Below, in pieces: positions 1 through 14,414 of a DNA stretch of 64,000 nucleotides. The translations under genes were made by a program, and so were the position numbers. The stretch is taken from positions 32,164,468 to 32,228,467 of the forward strand of contig NC_083440.1 of assembly GCF_020745735.1 (NCBI RefSeq), read 5' to 3'. Source of the stretch: Hemiscyllium ocellatum. Taxonomy: Eukaryota. The notes beneath the pieces are model-generated. The model had not been told where the DNA came from and ran no database searches. It was given only the letters and a program-made list of their open reading frames with translations. Position 1 is the first letter of the stretch, and every line of letters starts with the position of its first letter.

Positions 1-1515
1 ATTTCTGATACAAACCATTAAATTTCCCTCGATTCCGTGCCTCGCTATTTTCTGCAAAGCATACCATGAGGATCTGTATCAAACGCCTTACTGAAAACCA
101 CATCAACCACCTTACCCTGATCCACCTGTTTGGTCACCATCTTAAAGCACTCAAGAAGATTTGTGAGGCACAATCTCCCCTTCACAAAACCGTGTTGTCT
201 ACCCCTAATCAACTTATTCCTCTCTAGGTAATTATAAATCCTTTCTCTTATGACTTTTTCGGACACTTTACCCACAACTGAAGTAAGGCTCACTGATCTA
301 TAATTACCGGGGTTGACTCTATTCCCCTTCTTGAACAAGAGGGAGTTGTCCTCCAGTCTTCTGGCACTATTCCTGTAGACAATGACAACACAAAGATCAA
401 AGCCAAAGGCTCTGCAATCTCCTCTCTGCCTTCCCAGAGAATCCTGGAATAAATCCCATCCGACCGAGGTAACTCATCTGTTTTCACACTTTCCAAAATT
501 GCTCACACCTCCTCTTTGTGAACTGAATTCCATCTAGTAGCCTGTTTCTCAGTATTCTCCTCGACAATATTGTCTTTTTCCAGTGTGAATACTGATGAAA
601 GATATTCATTTAGCAATTCCCCTACCTCTTCAAACTCCACCCACAACTTCCAACTCCGGTTCTTGATTGGCCTTAATCTTTCTCCTGTCATTCTTTTATT
701 CCTGATATACCCAGAGAACGCTTTAGAGGACACTGGTGGTTCTTAGCCTTCTCTTTAGGTCTTTTCTGGCTGACTTGTAAATCTAAAGTGCCCGAAAGTG
801 TCTCATCCTAATAGAAGCCTTTTTCTTCTTCTTGACACGAGATTCAAACTTTTTAGAAAACTATAGCTCTATCGCTCGACAATTTCCTCCCTGCCTGACA
901 GGCACATGCTTATCAAGGACACGCAGTAGCTGTTCCTTGAAAAAGCTTCACATTTGAACTGTGCCCAACCCCTGCAGTTTCCTTCCCTATTCTCTGCATC
1001 CTAAATCTTGCCGAGTCGCATCATAATTGCCTGTCCTCCAGCAATAACTCTTACACTGCCGCATATACCTATCCCTTTCCATCACTAAAGTAAACATAAC
1101 TCGAATTGTGGTCACTGTCACCAAAGTGCTCACCTACCTCCAAATCTAATACCTGGCTGGGTTCCTTACCCAGTACCAAATCCAATGTGGCCTCGCCCCT
1201 TGTTGGCTTGTCTACATACTGTGTCAGGAAACCATCCTGTATACATTGGACAAAAACTGACCCATCTAAAGTACTCGAGCTATTGTATTTCCAGTCAATA
1301 TTTTTAAAGTTAAAATCCCCCGTAACAATAATCTTGTTACTCTTGCTGCTATCCAGAATTATCGTTGGTATCCTTTCCTCTACATCACTGGAACTATTCG
1401 GAGGCCTAGAGAAAACTCCCAACAGAGTGTCTTCTCCTTTACTGTTGCTTACCTCAGCTCGTGCTACCTCAGTAGTTGAGTCCTCAAATGTCCTTTCTGC
1501 CACCATCCTTGACTA
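1..1515 (-). mobile_element. Degenerate CR1 LINE ORF2 (AP endonuclease and RT fragments)
   Basis: ORF fragments PGNYRSVSLTSVVGK, RQHGFVKGRLCLTNL, TGDFNF and DSDHN. Confidence 0.9.
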
Positions 1516-1559
1516 AGTGCATATCTCTCCCTCTTTTAGCATCTTCACAGTTGCATGTG

Positions 1560-2065
1560 AGTAGTTTTGGACCCAATATTTAAGGAAAGCTATTATTTCA
1601 TTGGAGGCAGTTCCAGAACATTGATGTGGGTGATCCCTGATCAAGAGGAAAAGGCTAAACAGGCTGAGAATTTAGAAGAATGCGATATGATCTCATTGCA
1701 ACATATAGGGTTCTTAAGGGACTTGACAGGGTAAATGCTGAGAGGATATTATCCCTCACGGGAGAGTCGAGGACCAGAGGGGATGGTCTCATAATGAAGG
1801 GTTGACAATTTAAGACTGAGATGCAGAGGAATTTGTTCCTAGGTTTGAGAGTCTTTGGAACTCCTCATTACATAGAGCTGTGGGAGTAACATCCCTGTCT
1901 ATATTTAAGGCTGAGATAAATTCTTGAGCAGTAGGAGAATTGAGGTAATAGGAAAATACAGAAAAGTAAATAGTGTGGAATGTCGTATCAGCAATGATCC
2001 TAATGAACGATGGAGCAGGCTTAATGAGCCAAATGGTCTGTTCCTATTCCTATTTCTTGTGGTTT
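1560..2065 (+). mobile_element. CR1 LINE 3' end
   Basis: Degenerate RT C-terminus and 3' UTR ending in a TATTCC-like tail. Confidence 0.65.
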
Positions 2066-5000
2066 AGGACCTTGAGCTATAATTAACCTATATCATGTTC
2101 TCCTTTCCCACAACATCACTCACATTTTTCATTGCTGTGACCTCAGGCACATTAGTTGAAAGTGGATGCAAGTAGAACATCTACAGAAGTCCGTGCCTGG
2201 CATTAGGAACCTATTGGAAGTAGATTATTCCTATTGGACACTGGCCTATGTTATATCTCAGCAGGGGTCAAGTAGCTGGTGTCATGGAAGTTAAATTGAC
2301 TCGACTCAAATGCTAGCAAGAGCATAGACAAAGCTTTATTGTAACCTCTACAGGGGGCTAATAGATCTGGCAAAAATGTCTTATATAAGGGCCCTGAACA
2401 AGTTTCACATATTCTCTTTATACTATTTTTTGCTTATTCTTATCACAAGCTCAAGCACAAGGGTTGGGAACATTCAAGCTTCTTCCCGCCCACCCCCCAT
2501 TCTTCACTCCCTCCAAAATCATTGCCATGGGTCTCCAGAGTCTGGTGACATTTGATGAAATATGCCTACATATTTGAAGAAATATGGCTATGGATTAGGA
2601 CCGGCTCCTGGTCTCCTCGCCTTGGTCTATCTCCCATACAATGTCGCTATTGAATGCTTTGCACTTTTTATAATTTAAGTTGGCCAGAGGTCATGTGTAT
2701 CCACGGAGTGAGGCACATTCCCTAGTAATAGGTATTTGTTTGAATCAAGCTTATAAAGTGTTTTCATGGCAAATTCAATACAGGCAGCATCACATCCACA
2801 CCGTTTCACTGATGTCATCAATTAACAGAAGTCTAAATACTGAAGTGATTACACTGCTCTGGGTCAGAGACCTGTAATTATTCCTGGGTTTATTATGGTC
2901 AGATCTTTCAGCAAACTGCAAATGGATGAAGGAGCAGGAAAGGAAAAGGAATAAAATTCTCTTTTCAACAAAACAGCCAATACTGACTAATATGACATGA
3001 ACCTTCAGTAAATTTGAATAATGAGAAATTACTATGTTCGGATTCTGAATCAAACATTGAGTTACAAATTGTGCTTGTAAGGGTTAAATTAGCAATCGTG
3101 TATAAAGACCTTGAGTTTCTTGTTCCGAGATAAGGAAGTCAAACTTGAATCCTTGCATTTGGGATATTTCCCCTCTGTCCCAGTGCAGACAAGTCTTTAT
3201 TTGACCTATTTACTCCCCACCCACCAGCTCCTGCCCTCACAGCCAAAACTCTCGATGTTGATAAGAAGTGCCAAATATTAACTTTGTGATCATGCACATA
3301 TTTAAAATGATTTAACTGGTATTTTATGACCAGTTGCGGCTGTGAAAATGTTGACACCTCACACTGTGAATTAAGTGGAAATCTCAGTTTGTCAGAAACT
3401 AAAGGAAACAAATTGGCAAGTAAGTTTGGTCTAATATCAGATTAAATCTGCTATATTAGGGATCCAATAATGAGAAAGGGAAGTGCTGGCAGTTGTTGTC
3501 AGATTATGTCAGGATTGCCTCACGAAGGCATCCCACGGCAGCGTGGTGAACACAAACACAGATGAGAACAATTACAGAAAACAACTGCTTGACTGGTTCA
3601 GAAATGCTTGGCTTATTTTGAGAGACCAATCTTAAATCAGCATAAAACATCCAAAGTTTTTCAATGGTCCGTTGAATTTTGCCTGTCTTTCAGTATAAAG
3701 GTATTGCATAGCCCAGAAATGGCTTTAAACAAGGATGACGTACTGTGACATACTGAAGAAATGGTTTTCTCTTTTTTTCGCTCTGTGCTGTCTCTTCCAC
3801 ACCCCAACCCCTGCATTCCCTCATTGTGGTGTACTGTAGACATCCTGTGGAAGTCAAAAGAACCCCATACCAACACGACCAAGATGGTTCATGATGCATC
3901 TTGAAAACAAATAAAATCCCAGCAGCATTTTTTAGATCATAGGACAGCATTGTCAATACACTCCAGGAGGATGGGTGGTGAAGACAGCAACAACTAGTTA
4001 CATTAGCAAGATTACAAGACTGGGATACAAGGTATACTGCTTTGTCATTACCCCCTCATTAACTTCACCATTGCAAGGCTAAAATCGGGAGCATTGGAAT
4101 CCTCACTGCTCACCTGGTGATTTGTTTAATTGCAACAATAGTCAAGAAGCTCAATATGATCAAAGAGAGAGCAGTTTGATTGACTGGCAAAAGAACTAAC
4201 GTACCTAATTTCCACTCCCTTCACCATCACTGAGCTACGATGTTGGGCTACCTAGCACTTACACTCTACGGAATGAACTGCAGCAACTCATTAGACTTAC
4301 ACTGAAAGGACCTTTCCTGTCTATAATCTCTATTTCTGAACAAAACAATAATCAGCTAAAAGTCTGTTCCACCTGATTCTGACTTTGCATGGATATCTCT
4401 GTTCTTTTATTATCACTATGGCAAAATAATGCGATTTATTAAAATTGCAGTCATTGAAAACTAGTCGACCAGGCTTGGAATATTGAATCTCAAGTCTGTG
4501 ATTTCTTTTTTGTTAAATTGCTTTGGACTTAATTCTGAATAAGTTTACTGATGTTAAATGAGTTAACTTGTGCTCTTTGATGAATTGCAGTTCTGGAACC
4601 ATTGTCAGTGCAAACAGTGAGGAAAATGGGAATGCAAGTTCTCCTGGATAAAGTGAAGTAATTGCAAAGTAAGCTTAGTTGCATGCATGACTAAGTTAGT
4701 CATTATATCAGAATATGACAAAACATTAGGAAATAACTGGTGAGCTGGTAGTTTATGCAATGTTATACAACGATCAATGGTAACAACTCAGAGGCAATGA
4801 TTTGATCAGCTCTCAAAGAGGAACTTGCCTATGTTCACTCCCAAGTCCTTTTACCATGTGATACTGCAAAACCTCTCCTTATGAAAATTGTAGATTCCTT
4901 TTGAAGACCTCAGTTGAAGCTGCCTCCACCACTAAACTATCAGGCAGAACATTCCAGTTTCCGAGCAATGCTGTTTTTAAAAACAGTTTTCCTTGTAACC

Positions 5001-5519
5001 GTTGTTTTCTTTTTTTTTGCTGATCAAGTTAAATCCACTGATCCTTCTCTTCTCAAGCCTTTTTTAAAATATAATCCGCACAGTATGGAAACAGGCCACT
5101 TGGCCCAACAAATCCACACCAACCCTCCAATCCAAATGCATTCTCCTACTCTTTTACGCTACTCTATCCAAATCCCTCATGATTTTGAACACTTTTAAAA
5201 TGAATTCTTCATCTTCTGTTCTCAAACTATCCACATAGTTCTCCAGTTGCTCATCTCTGGTACCATTTTTGTGTACCTTTTGTGCACCTTCTCAAATCCC
5301 TTCCTGAAGCGTGCTGCATAAATACTAGACATGAGGGAAAAGCATGTTTATAACTATTTGTCATAATTTCCTTCTTTTGCATGCCACTGTCTTATTTATA
5401 ATGTTCAGAATCCTAATGATATCTTCAATCTGCAATCTGAGGAAGTTGACAATTTAAGTTCACGAGAAAAGAAAGTGACAGTCAAAAAGTAAGTTTGATC
5501 CAATGTATGAACATGTTAT

Positions 5520-5890
5520 GCTTCAACATGTGTTCAGTCTCTTTCTGAACCTGTGCCACCCTTCAAAGGTTAAGTCCATAGGATGTTGCTTGATTGGAAC
5601 AGCATTTCCTCAATCAATATTATGTGCAGTGAGATTAGTAATTCCCAGGTTATTCCCACATATCTCCCCATGTGATTATAGTAACTCTTTCAGGTCATTT
5701 CGATTTTCATCTGGAAGGTAACTCAGCAGTTTATCCCAGTTTTCCAGAACTTCCTCATTGTTCAATTTAATTTGAGGAATGTCCAATTCACAATCACCTG
5801 AAATTGTTTCGTCACTCTGTGTTGTAGCCAGTAACACATTCTCTGTTGTTTTCCTATCAAAATAGCTTTTGAACAAAACACATCTCTTTC
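5520..5890 (-). mobile_element. Gypsy-type LTR retrotransposon pol fragment (protease-RT linker)
   Basis: Translation LSYLPDENRNDLKELL continuing, past stops, to HNID*GNAVPIKQHP resembles the HxIxxGxAxPIKQHPYR start of Gypsy RT. Confidence 0.6.
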
Positions 5891-5899
5891 AGCCACAGA

Positions 5900-6240
5900 A
5901 TGGTCACAGAAATAGGTGGAGCAGTAAGCCATTCAGCCCCTTAAGCATGCGCTGCTGTTCAAAATGACAATGGCTGATTATCCAACTCAGTATCCTGTTC
6001 CATCATTCTTTCGATAAGCTTTGATCTCTTTAGCCAGAAAAAAAACTATTATGTTTTGGACTCAATCAATTTCTATGACTGTGAATTCTAAAGAGTCACC
6101 ACTGTCAGGGTGAAGAAAGGTTTCCTCATCTCAGTCCAAAATGCCCGAGCCAGTATCTGTAGACCGTGAGCCCTGGTTCTGGACTCCCCAGCCGTGGAGA
6201 ACATCCTTCCTGGTTATCTAATTCTGGATATAAACACTGA
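5900..6240 (-). mobile_element. CR1 3' UTR fragment
   Basis: Matches the antisense CR1 3'-end pattern seen repeatedly in this window. Confidence 0.6.
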
Positions 6241-6829
6241 CTTGTGCTGCATCTTGTGATCTTAGCCTGGGTCAATATGGGGAGGGTTATTCTCAGTATT
6301 GCCACACTTTGACAGTGCAAGTTAACCTCTTGCTGACAGCAGGCTGGAAGCAAGGTAGCCATTTGTTGCTAAGGAAGAGAGAGGGCTGAGTGCTCACTGC
6401 CCATATTCAAAAGGGAAGAATGACCCATTGAGGAGAGATTTTAGAGGACTTTTTGTAGCTGTAACGGTGGACACTGATAGAAATTACTGACTCCCGTATA
6501 ACACACAGAGAATCAGCAAAGGTGACTCAAACTGCTGATTCCTAATTAGCACTTTCCAAATGACAACAGCCCATTGGTTGAAGAAGCTTTCCTTTTTAAC
6601 ATTAAAATGTTCAGCGATGTATGACATGCCTCTGGAATAGGTAGGACAGGAATTTAAACCTACTAAGTCTAATCTAGGAACTTAAGCCGACTGATCTAGG
6701 GGTAGGGAGACTATCATTCTACCATAAGAGGCCTGTTTTGCATCTCATACAGAATCAATGCAATTTCCCTTAATTGCTTCATTAATTCCTGGGGATGTAA
6801 ATAATAAGCCGCCTGTCAGAGTATTGGGT

Positions 6830-7190
6830 GTTGCTCAGGTGTCACTGAGTAGTGTGCTGATCTTAGAGTTGGAGAGTTCAAGATCTACCATCAGGTTTAG
6901 AATAGACTAATTGATGCTGCCACAACAGTGCAGTCCTGAGATAATCCTACGCATCAGATGTATATGAGGCATTAAACCAAAGCCACTCTGCCCTCTAAAG
7001 GGACCCTTATTTTGAATTAAAGTGAGGAGATTATACCTGGTGTCCCGGCCAGTACTTATCGCTCAATCCCGATGAGCAGATGATCTGGTCATCATCTCCT
7101 TCCTGCTTTTCTCATGGTACACAAATTAGATATCATATTTCTGACATGTGACTACATGATCAAAAGTACTTCAGTTGTTGTATAGAACAT
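6830..7190 (+). mobile_element. Deu-domain SINE (AmnSINE1/SacSINE1-like), old
   Basis: tRNA-like head, then TTAAACC...CTGCCCTCT...CCTGGTGTCCCGGCCAG, GATCTGGTCAT and CAAAAGTACTTCA, colinear with the Deu domain as recalled. Confidence 0.6.
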
Positions 7191-9826
7191 CTCTGATTGA
7201 AAATTGACTTTGTCAGAACCTGCATGGATTGTTACTCAACTTGGTTGTTCATGTTTCACTCTCTGCTGTAAGAAAACACTCCTTCCCAACTTCCATCAAA
7301 TGAGAATGAGATAAAGCTCAGTGCTGTAATATTTCACTTTGTACTAACATCTGGATCAAACTAATATACCATTCAATGCAAATATAAAATAAATGGAACC
7401 AGTTTTAAAGTATCAAAGCAAATTATATTTTCCACCAAAGGAGTGTATTGAAATATTTCAATAGTTCTCATTGTGTCAAGTACCAGCAAACAGTGGAGTC
7501 TGTTCTTGTCTTTTATCTTGTCTAAAGAATAGGCTGAGGAAAAGAACAGTGCATGAGGAGAGCAGTACAGTGTGGATCAGTGATTAACAGCAGGAGAATT
7601 ATTCTCCAGATTAGAATAGATATGTAGTGGAATATACTAAAATGATAGAATAAGAGAAGCTAAAGTGAGATGTTGTCAGCTGAAAGTTTTATAAGCTTGT
7701 TAAAATCGGGTCAGCCAGGATCTTATTGAATAGTGGAGCAGGCTCGAAGGGCCAAGTGACCTATTCCCACTTATTGTTCATACCGCGAAACAATTTTGCT
7801 AGTTACTCGAGCGAAGGTGTTAAACACACATTTTAAACTGTTGCATGGGCACATGCTGACATTTCCATCTATGATTCCCAGGGTTTGATAGCATGTAGTT
7901 GACAGTGGCCCCAGGGGTTCTGCACTTGTTTCAGAGATCTGGAAAGAGATGTTTAGGATACTGTGAGATTGCATTAAGATGTTATATAAATGCACAACTT
8001 TTCTACTTGCCTTCCTGCTGGGGTAGAGGGTGTTTTGCTCTTCATCAAACCTGTGCATCATTTGACTTCAATTTGCTTTTCTTTGTTGCATTATTGTATG
8101 GAGTTTATTCTCTTAAGTCAATAGCCTGGATTTTGCCCAAAGTTTAAGAGGATTTTACTCACATTGGTGAGTTTCTGTATCCCATGAAGTAACTTCATTG
8201 CAGTCAGTAATGGGAAATAAAGCAGATCAAATACAATGTTGTTAATTGTTATTAGGTCAATTAATAGGGATAACTATATGCTGTTCTATGAGCCTCAGGA
8301 TTTAAAAGCCTTTTCAGTAGGGCCACTGCTGATTTACCCAACACGCTATATTGGTGAACTCACTGATACTGAAACCTCTATAATCTGGGACAATGATGAA
8401 ATACAAACTGACTGGAACTGCATCTTATCAGAAAAACTAGGGAACAGAGAGAGATTGGGACCGAAGCTCAGAACACAGAGGCACTGCAAACCCAAGCACC
8501 CATTGACACAGCTTCTCGAGATGAGTTATGATGTGGTTCTGCACTATTCAGTTCTGATCTGTGATCGCAACCAATGCTTCTCTGTCAAGCAGATGTGGTT
8601 TATGGATAAAAATAATGTCTGCTAGAAGGTAACTACAAAGCTCTCTTGCGATAATGTGACACAGACTCAAGTGAAATGTGGAGTATCTCCTTTTGGGGCT
8701 TCTTGCATCCTTTCAAGTGGCAGCTGAATTTGATAATCAGGTATCAGTTACTATCGAATTGGATGAAATCTTGTTAATGGTTCATTTATTTACATTTCCC
8801 TATCTCTGAGGTTTGCTCCATTTCGTTATTAAAGAGCCAATGTGTGTGAGATCTCTTTAGTGCTGTCCATAGGATAGCCGTACTCCTGCCACTGTGCAAC
8901 TACATATTGATATCTGCCTTTAAAAACAATCTGAATCTATGGTCACATACTGGTGTAGGAACTGAGCGGGGCCCAGAACAGAATGAGCAACTCTTCAACT
9001 GCTGCAAACCAATGTCATTATCACAAGGGTGCTTTTGGTGCCATCTTCACTATTCAGAATAACAATTAGTTTTCCTGCTGGTGCAGCATTTCTCTCTATT
9101 ACTTTACATAATAGTGTGCTGTGTGCATGTGCATGTGGTTTGTTTCTATTTATTTCTGTTCCTCAATGGCTTTGAAATTGTTGCTGTATCGGATCAAAGG
9201 TAAAGTAATGTCTCCACAAGGACATTGTTGCTGGTTTCCCTCTGAGACCAGTGCAGAACTTTACCAGTTCATTGTCGGCCTGATACATTATAGTGAAGTT
9301 TCACCTCTGCCAGCTGGGACAGCATGGACATTTGAGTATTGATGAAAATAAAGTTTTTTTTAATTTAGGTCTTTAGTATTGTACTTATCAGGACACTCTC
9401 AAGAATACCAATGGGAAGGGAGAAAGCATTTAATCTGTCTGGGTAATGAGTGCTGATTGGTAAAGGCATGGAGAATGGTCCAGGTGATGATTGGCAGTTA
9501 ACAGCCAATGCTTGTTGTGATTTGACTAAATTGGTGATGGCCATTCTCGGACTCATTTGGCAGGGCAATACCTTGACCACAAAGGCAACCTACCAATTGA
9601 AAACTTAACAATGTTTAGCTGTTAACTGTCCGTCACCATCTGACCAGTCCATTTCCATTGGGGACGTCTCGGTCAATCATTGTGCACTTTCCAAAGCATC
9701 AGAACTCTTTTCTTGTTCAGTGTAAAATGTTGTTTCCCTTCATATCAAAATCCTTGCAGCTATCCTGATGTATGCAAGACAAAAAAAAAGAGCATGTCCT
9801 ATTTTATAACAATATCCAATTTCTAT

Positions 9827-10967
9827 TTAAAGTCTATTTAAACCCAAACTCTGGATCAGATACGTCGATGACACCTTTGTAATCATCAAAAACACAGAAA
9901 TAGAAAAAACACACCGAATCATCAACGCCACACTCACAGGAATACGATTCACGAGAGAAGAGGAAAAGGATAGGCAACTCCCATTCCTAGACGTGTTAGC
10001 AGAGAGAACACCCAACGGAGAATTCACCACAAGGGTACACAGGAAACCAACACACACGGACCAAGTCCTAAACTATGAAAGTAACCACCCCAACACACAC
10101 AAACGAAGCTGCATCAGGACACTATTCAAAAGAGCCACAACACACTGCAGTACACCAGAACTGCGAAAAGAGGAAGAGGAACACCTATACAAGGTATTCG
10201 CCAAAAACGGATACCCACGCAACTTTATCACCAGATGCCTAAGAGATAGACCATGGAACGAGGACATGCCACAACCAAAAGGACTAGCCACACTACCATA
10301 CGTCAGGAGCGTCTCAGAACTGACAGCCAGACTACTGCGACCCTTAGGACTCATAACAGCACACAAGCCAACTTCCACACTCAGACAACTCACTAGAACA
10401 AAGGACCCAATAGCCAGCACGAGCCAAACTAACGTAGTTTACAAAATACCATGCAAGGACTGCACAAAACACTATATAGAACAAACAGGAAGACAGCTAA
10501 CAATCAGCATCCATGAACATCAGCTAGCCACAAAACGACACGACCAGCTATCCCTAGTAGCCATACACTCAGACAACCAGGAACATGAATTTGACTGGGA
10601 AAACACTACCATCATAGGACAAGCCAGACAGAGAACAGCCAGGGAATTCCTAGAGGCATGGCATTCATCCACAAACTCCATTAACAGACACATAGACCTG
10701 GACCCCATATACAAACCACTACAGCTGAAACTGACACACGGAAGCGGCAAGAACATCCATCAACAGACACATCGACCTGGACCCCACATACAAACTACTA
10801 CAGCTGAAACTGACACCCGGAAGCGGCAAGAACAAGCCACTATAAATACCGGAAGAAACATCAAAGCAGCGCTTCACAGGAGGCTCCAATAGCACTGATG
10901 ATGTTCCCTAGCCAGGGAACGAAACGTTTGCAGCAAAAACTTCCAGCTCGGCCAACAGAACCACAAC
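9827..10967 (+). mobile_element. 5'-truncated Penelope-like element (RT C-terminus, GIY-YIG endonuclease, pLTR)
   Basis: One open frame from ~9831 to 10892 contains WIRYVDD, LPFLDV and VVYKIPCKDC...YIEQTGR. A 13-bp direct repeat ATCCAATTTCTAT flanks it (9814-9826, 10968-10980). Confidence 0.93.
10892..10931 (+). ncRNA. Minimal hammerhead ribozyme in the Penelope pLTR
   Basis: GCA-CTGATGA-T-GTTCCCT-agcc-AGGGAAC-GAAA-CGTT-TGC: core boxes, 7-bp stem II, palindromic stem III, 3-bp stem I. Confidence 0.75.
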
Positions 10968-11684
10968 ATCCAATTTCTATAATTGCAAACAACCGTTTAA
11001 TATGGGAACCTTTTGTTAATGGAGTATCCAACATCCAGCTGATATCATTAAAATGGAATCTACTTTTCGAATTTGAAATGATTTAACCCCCTGACAAGCC
11101 CACTTTGTACATGCAGATCCTTTTTGAATATTGTATCAGTCTGGCTGTTGAAAGACAGCTTTGGAAAGTTGTTTATTTCTGTTAACTTCTATTTAATGAA
11201 TTGCTGAAACGGTGGATAATGCATCCTATTGCATTTACAAAACTGAGATATCGTGTGCAATCAGGAGATGTGCACAGTGCAAATAAAAATCCCATTTAAT
11301 GCTGTCCCGGACAAGACTGGTAAACTTAAACTTGTGCTTATAGAGAAAGGACTGAGATCTTAACTGGCTCATTATCATCTAATGTATTGAGTTTAAACTT
11401 ATGTCTATCTCTAAATTCTTGATCCACGCTGTCTCTTGTACCCCTTATATACACACTCTGTTCTCTGGTTCTCTGATTGCTTTTGTCCGTGAGTCTGGTC
11501 AAGTCCCCTGAATTAGATGTACTTTACTGATAAACTTCCTTACATGCCCTCTAGTACTCATTCTCACTTTGAAAGCTTGCTTAAAAGCCAGTTTCATGTC
11601 ATTGGTCCTAACTCTTCGATACATGCCAACAACCTTCTCCTGTTTGGCGTTCGGTGCATCCTTTTCCAGTTTGGAAGGTCAAAC

Positions 11685-12440
11685 TCGAATGCTGAATATA
11701 GGGTTAAAGGCAGGATTCTTGGCAGTGTGGAGGAACAGAGGGATCTGGGTGTGCAAGTACATAGATCCCTCAAAGTTGCCACCCAAGTGGATAGGGTTGT
11801 TAAGAAAGCAGATGGTGTTTAGGCTTTCATTTACAGGTGAATCGAGTTTGAGAGCAGCGAGGTTTTGCTACAACTCTACAAGTCCCTGGTAAGACCACAC
11901 CTGGAATATTGTGTCCAGTTCTGGTCACCCTGCTATAAGAAATAGATAGAGGCTTTGGAGAGGGTGCAAAGAAGGTTTACCAGGATGCTGCCTGAACTGG
12001 AGGGCTTGCCTTATGAAGAAAGGTTGAATAAGCTCAGACTTTTCTCTGTGGAGAGAGGGAGGAAGAGAGGAGACCTGATCGAGGTATACAAAATAATGAG
12101 AGGAATAGATAAAATCAAAAGCTAGAGAATTTTCCCCAGGGCAGGATTGACTGGTACGAGGGGGTCATAGTTTTAAGATATTAGGAGAAAGGTATAGAGG
12201 AGACGTTAGAGGTAGGTTCTTTATGCAGAGTGTTGTGAATGCATGGAATGCTTTGCCAGCAGTGGTGGTGGAAGCAGAGTCATTAGGGACATTTAAGTGA
12301 CTGCTGGACATGCAAATGTTTAGCAGTGAGTTGAGAGGTGTGTGGGTTGTTATTATATTTTACATTAGGATTAGACCTCGGCACACTGTCGTGGGCCAAA
12401 GGGCCTGTTCTGTGCTGTATTTTTCTATGTTCTATGTTAA
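11685..12440 (+). mobile_element. CR1 LINE 3' portion
   Basis: EYRVKGRILGSVEEQRDLGVQVHRSLKVATQVDRVVKKA, then 3' UTR with a TTCTATG tail. Confidence 0.88.
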
Positions 12441-14414
12441 AGCATCTCATAAATGTGAGTATTAATATCCACTTTGGCAGATTTAATTGATTCTCATTGG
12501 AATGTATCTGCCAAACCTTTAGCAAAACCAAATCAGCAAACAGCTTCAGACTGTGCACACGTCCAACACAAAACATTGCTGCTCCTCATTCACTTTTCAA
12601 ATGCACTGCTCCATTCCAAATAGCAGACCACCCATTCCCATTCATAGACATTTGTTTCTGATGGATGGAAGTGGTTGTTTCTGTACTTCTGCCATTTTTA
12701 TTGAACTCATCTCAAGTTACACTTTGGAATTTGACGGTCAGGCCAAGACTGTTTGTTTTAAGCTTTAACAATTTTGACCAGGTTGCCAGCTCTTCATGTT
12801 CTTGAATATTGGAATGGGACTGGGTTCTATCAGCCCTCTAGGGACAGGCTGCAAGGTCATTAGGTGGATAATGGGGTGGAAGATGATAAGGGAAGGAAGG
12901 AGTTTCCACCTCCGTAGTATGTTATTGATCCCAAATTCGGGAAAGGATGACCACTCAGGTGGCCAATGTAGAGTCTGTTCCTGCCAATGCTGGCAGTTTA
13001 TTACCAGTAAGGTCCTCCATTGTGTGGGAGACCTCCCCCTGCATCCTAGTGACGCACCTGGAGGATGTCCCTCCTAATGTAGTACCTTATAGCTCACAAC
13101 AGGGTATCCCATCTGCACACTGGAACAGTCCCCTGTCCATGGTGGTGATCACTACAGGAACTGGAAATCAGAGTAAGTGAGTGAAAGAAGCCGTGAGGGC
13201 TAGAGTGTTCACAACATTCCCAGGACCAGGTTGGCAGCTCCTACTGAGGCCATTAATAAGTCATTGAGATCCCCCAATTGGTGCATGGACAATGGGTTAC
13301 TCCTACTCCTAGTAAGAGTACTGTGATTACTGCTTTTTCAATGCTATCAAGCAAATAGTGAAGTGTGGCCATGTGATAAAATCATTTACATTCAGTGCTG
13401 GATACTTGAGACTTTTTTGTGAGAAACTTTATAATTCTTCTAAATGTTCTTAATGCACTTTTTGTTTCATACAATGGTGATTTTCTACATAGGATTACAG
13501 AGGGAAAACAGACCATTTGGCACAATCAGTTCATGCCAGTGTGTATGTTCTACTCAAGGTGTTTCACATCTTTCCTCATCTAATTCGCCCGTTGTAATTC
13601 TCTATTCCCATCCCTTCCAAGTGCTCCCCTAGTTTCCTTGAAATACATCTAAACTATTGATTTCAACTATTCCGTCTGGTCACATAGTCCCCATTCTCAT
13701 CATTCTTTCAGTGAAGAGGTTTCTTCTGAATTCCCTTTTGGACTTCTTGAGGTACCGTCTTATATTGACAGCCTCGAGTTATATTCTATCCCACAGTGAA
13801 ATGTTTTCTCTGTACCTTCTCTTTTCAAAACCTTTCTTAATTTTAGAACTGTCAGCCTTCTTTTCCAGAGAGAAGTGAACAGCACAACAATTCTTCCTTG
13901 ATATACACAGCCAGGAACTTGTGTATCATTCTCATAAATCATCTCTTCACTCTCTCATACATTCTATAATATGTCAACTCGAACTGCAGGCAATACTCTG
14001 AATTATAGTCAACCAAATTTTTATAGTGACCCTACTTTCAAATTTATCCCTTTAGAGATAAAACTTAGAGCTTTGTTTGCATTTTTATGGCCTTTGGAAC
14101 CTGTGGTGAAATTGTTAGTGACTGATGTAATTGTCTGAAATCCCTTTGTTTGTCTCCCTCACTTAGACGTGCATCTTTGAATAAGTGACCTGCACATTAT
14201 TCCTACCAAGCTGTAACACCTTACGTTTATCTGTGTGGATCTTCATTTGCTAATTATTTGAATGTACGGTAAATTAATTAGTGATCTCTTGCAACTTCTT
14301 GTAGTCCTCAGAATTGGCTACATTTCAACATTCCTTTCCAATTTGGTGTCATTGAATTGCTAATTTTTTTGCCATAATTAGATGCAATATTTAGTTTGCA
14401 GTTTTACTTTTTTT

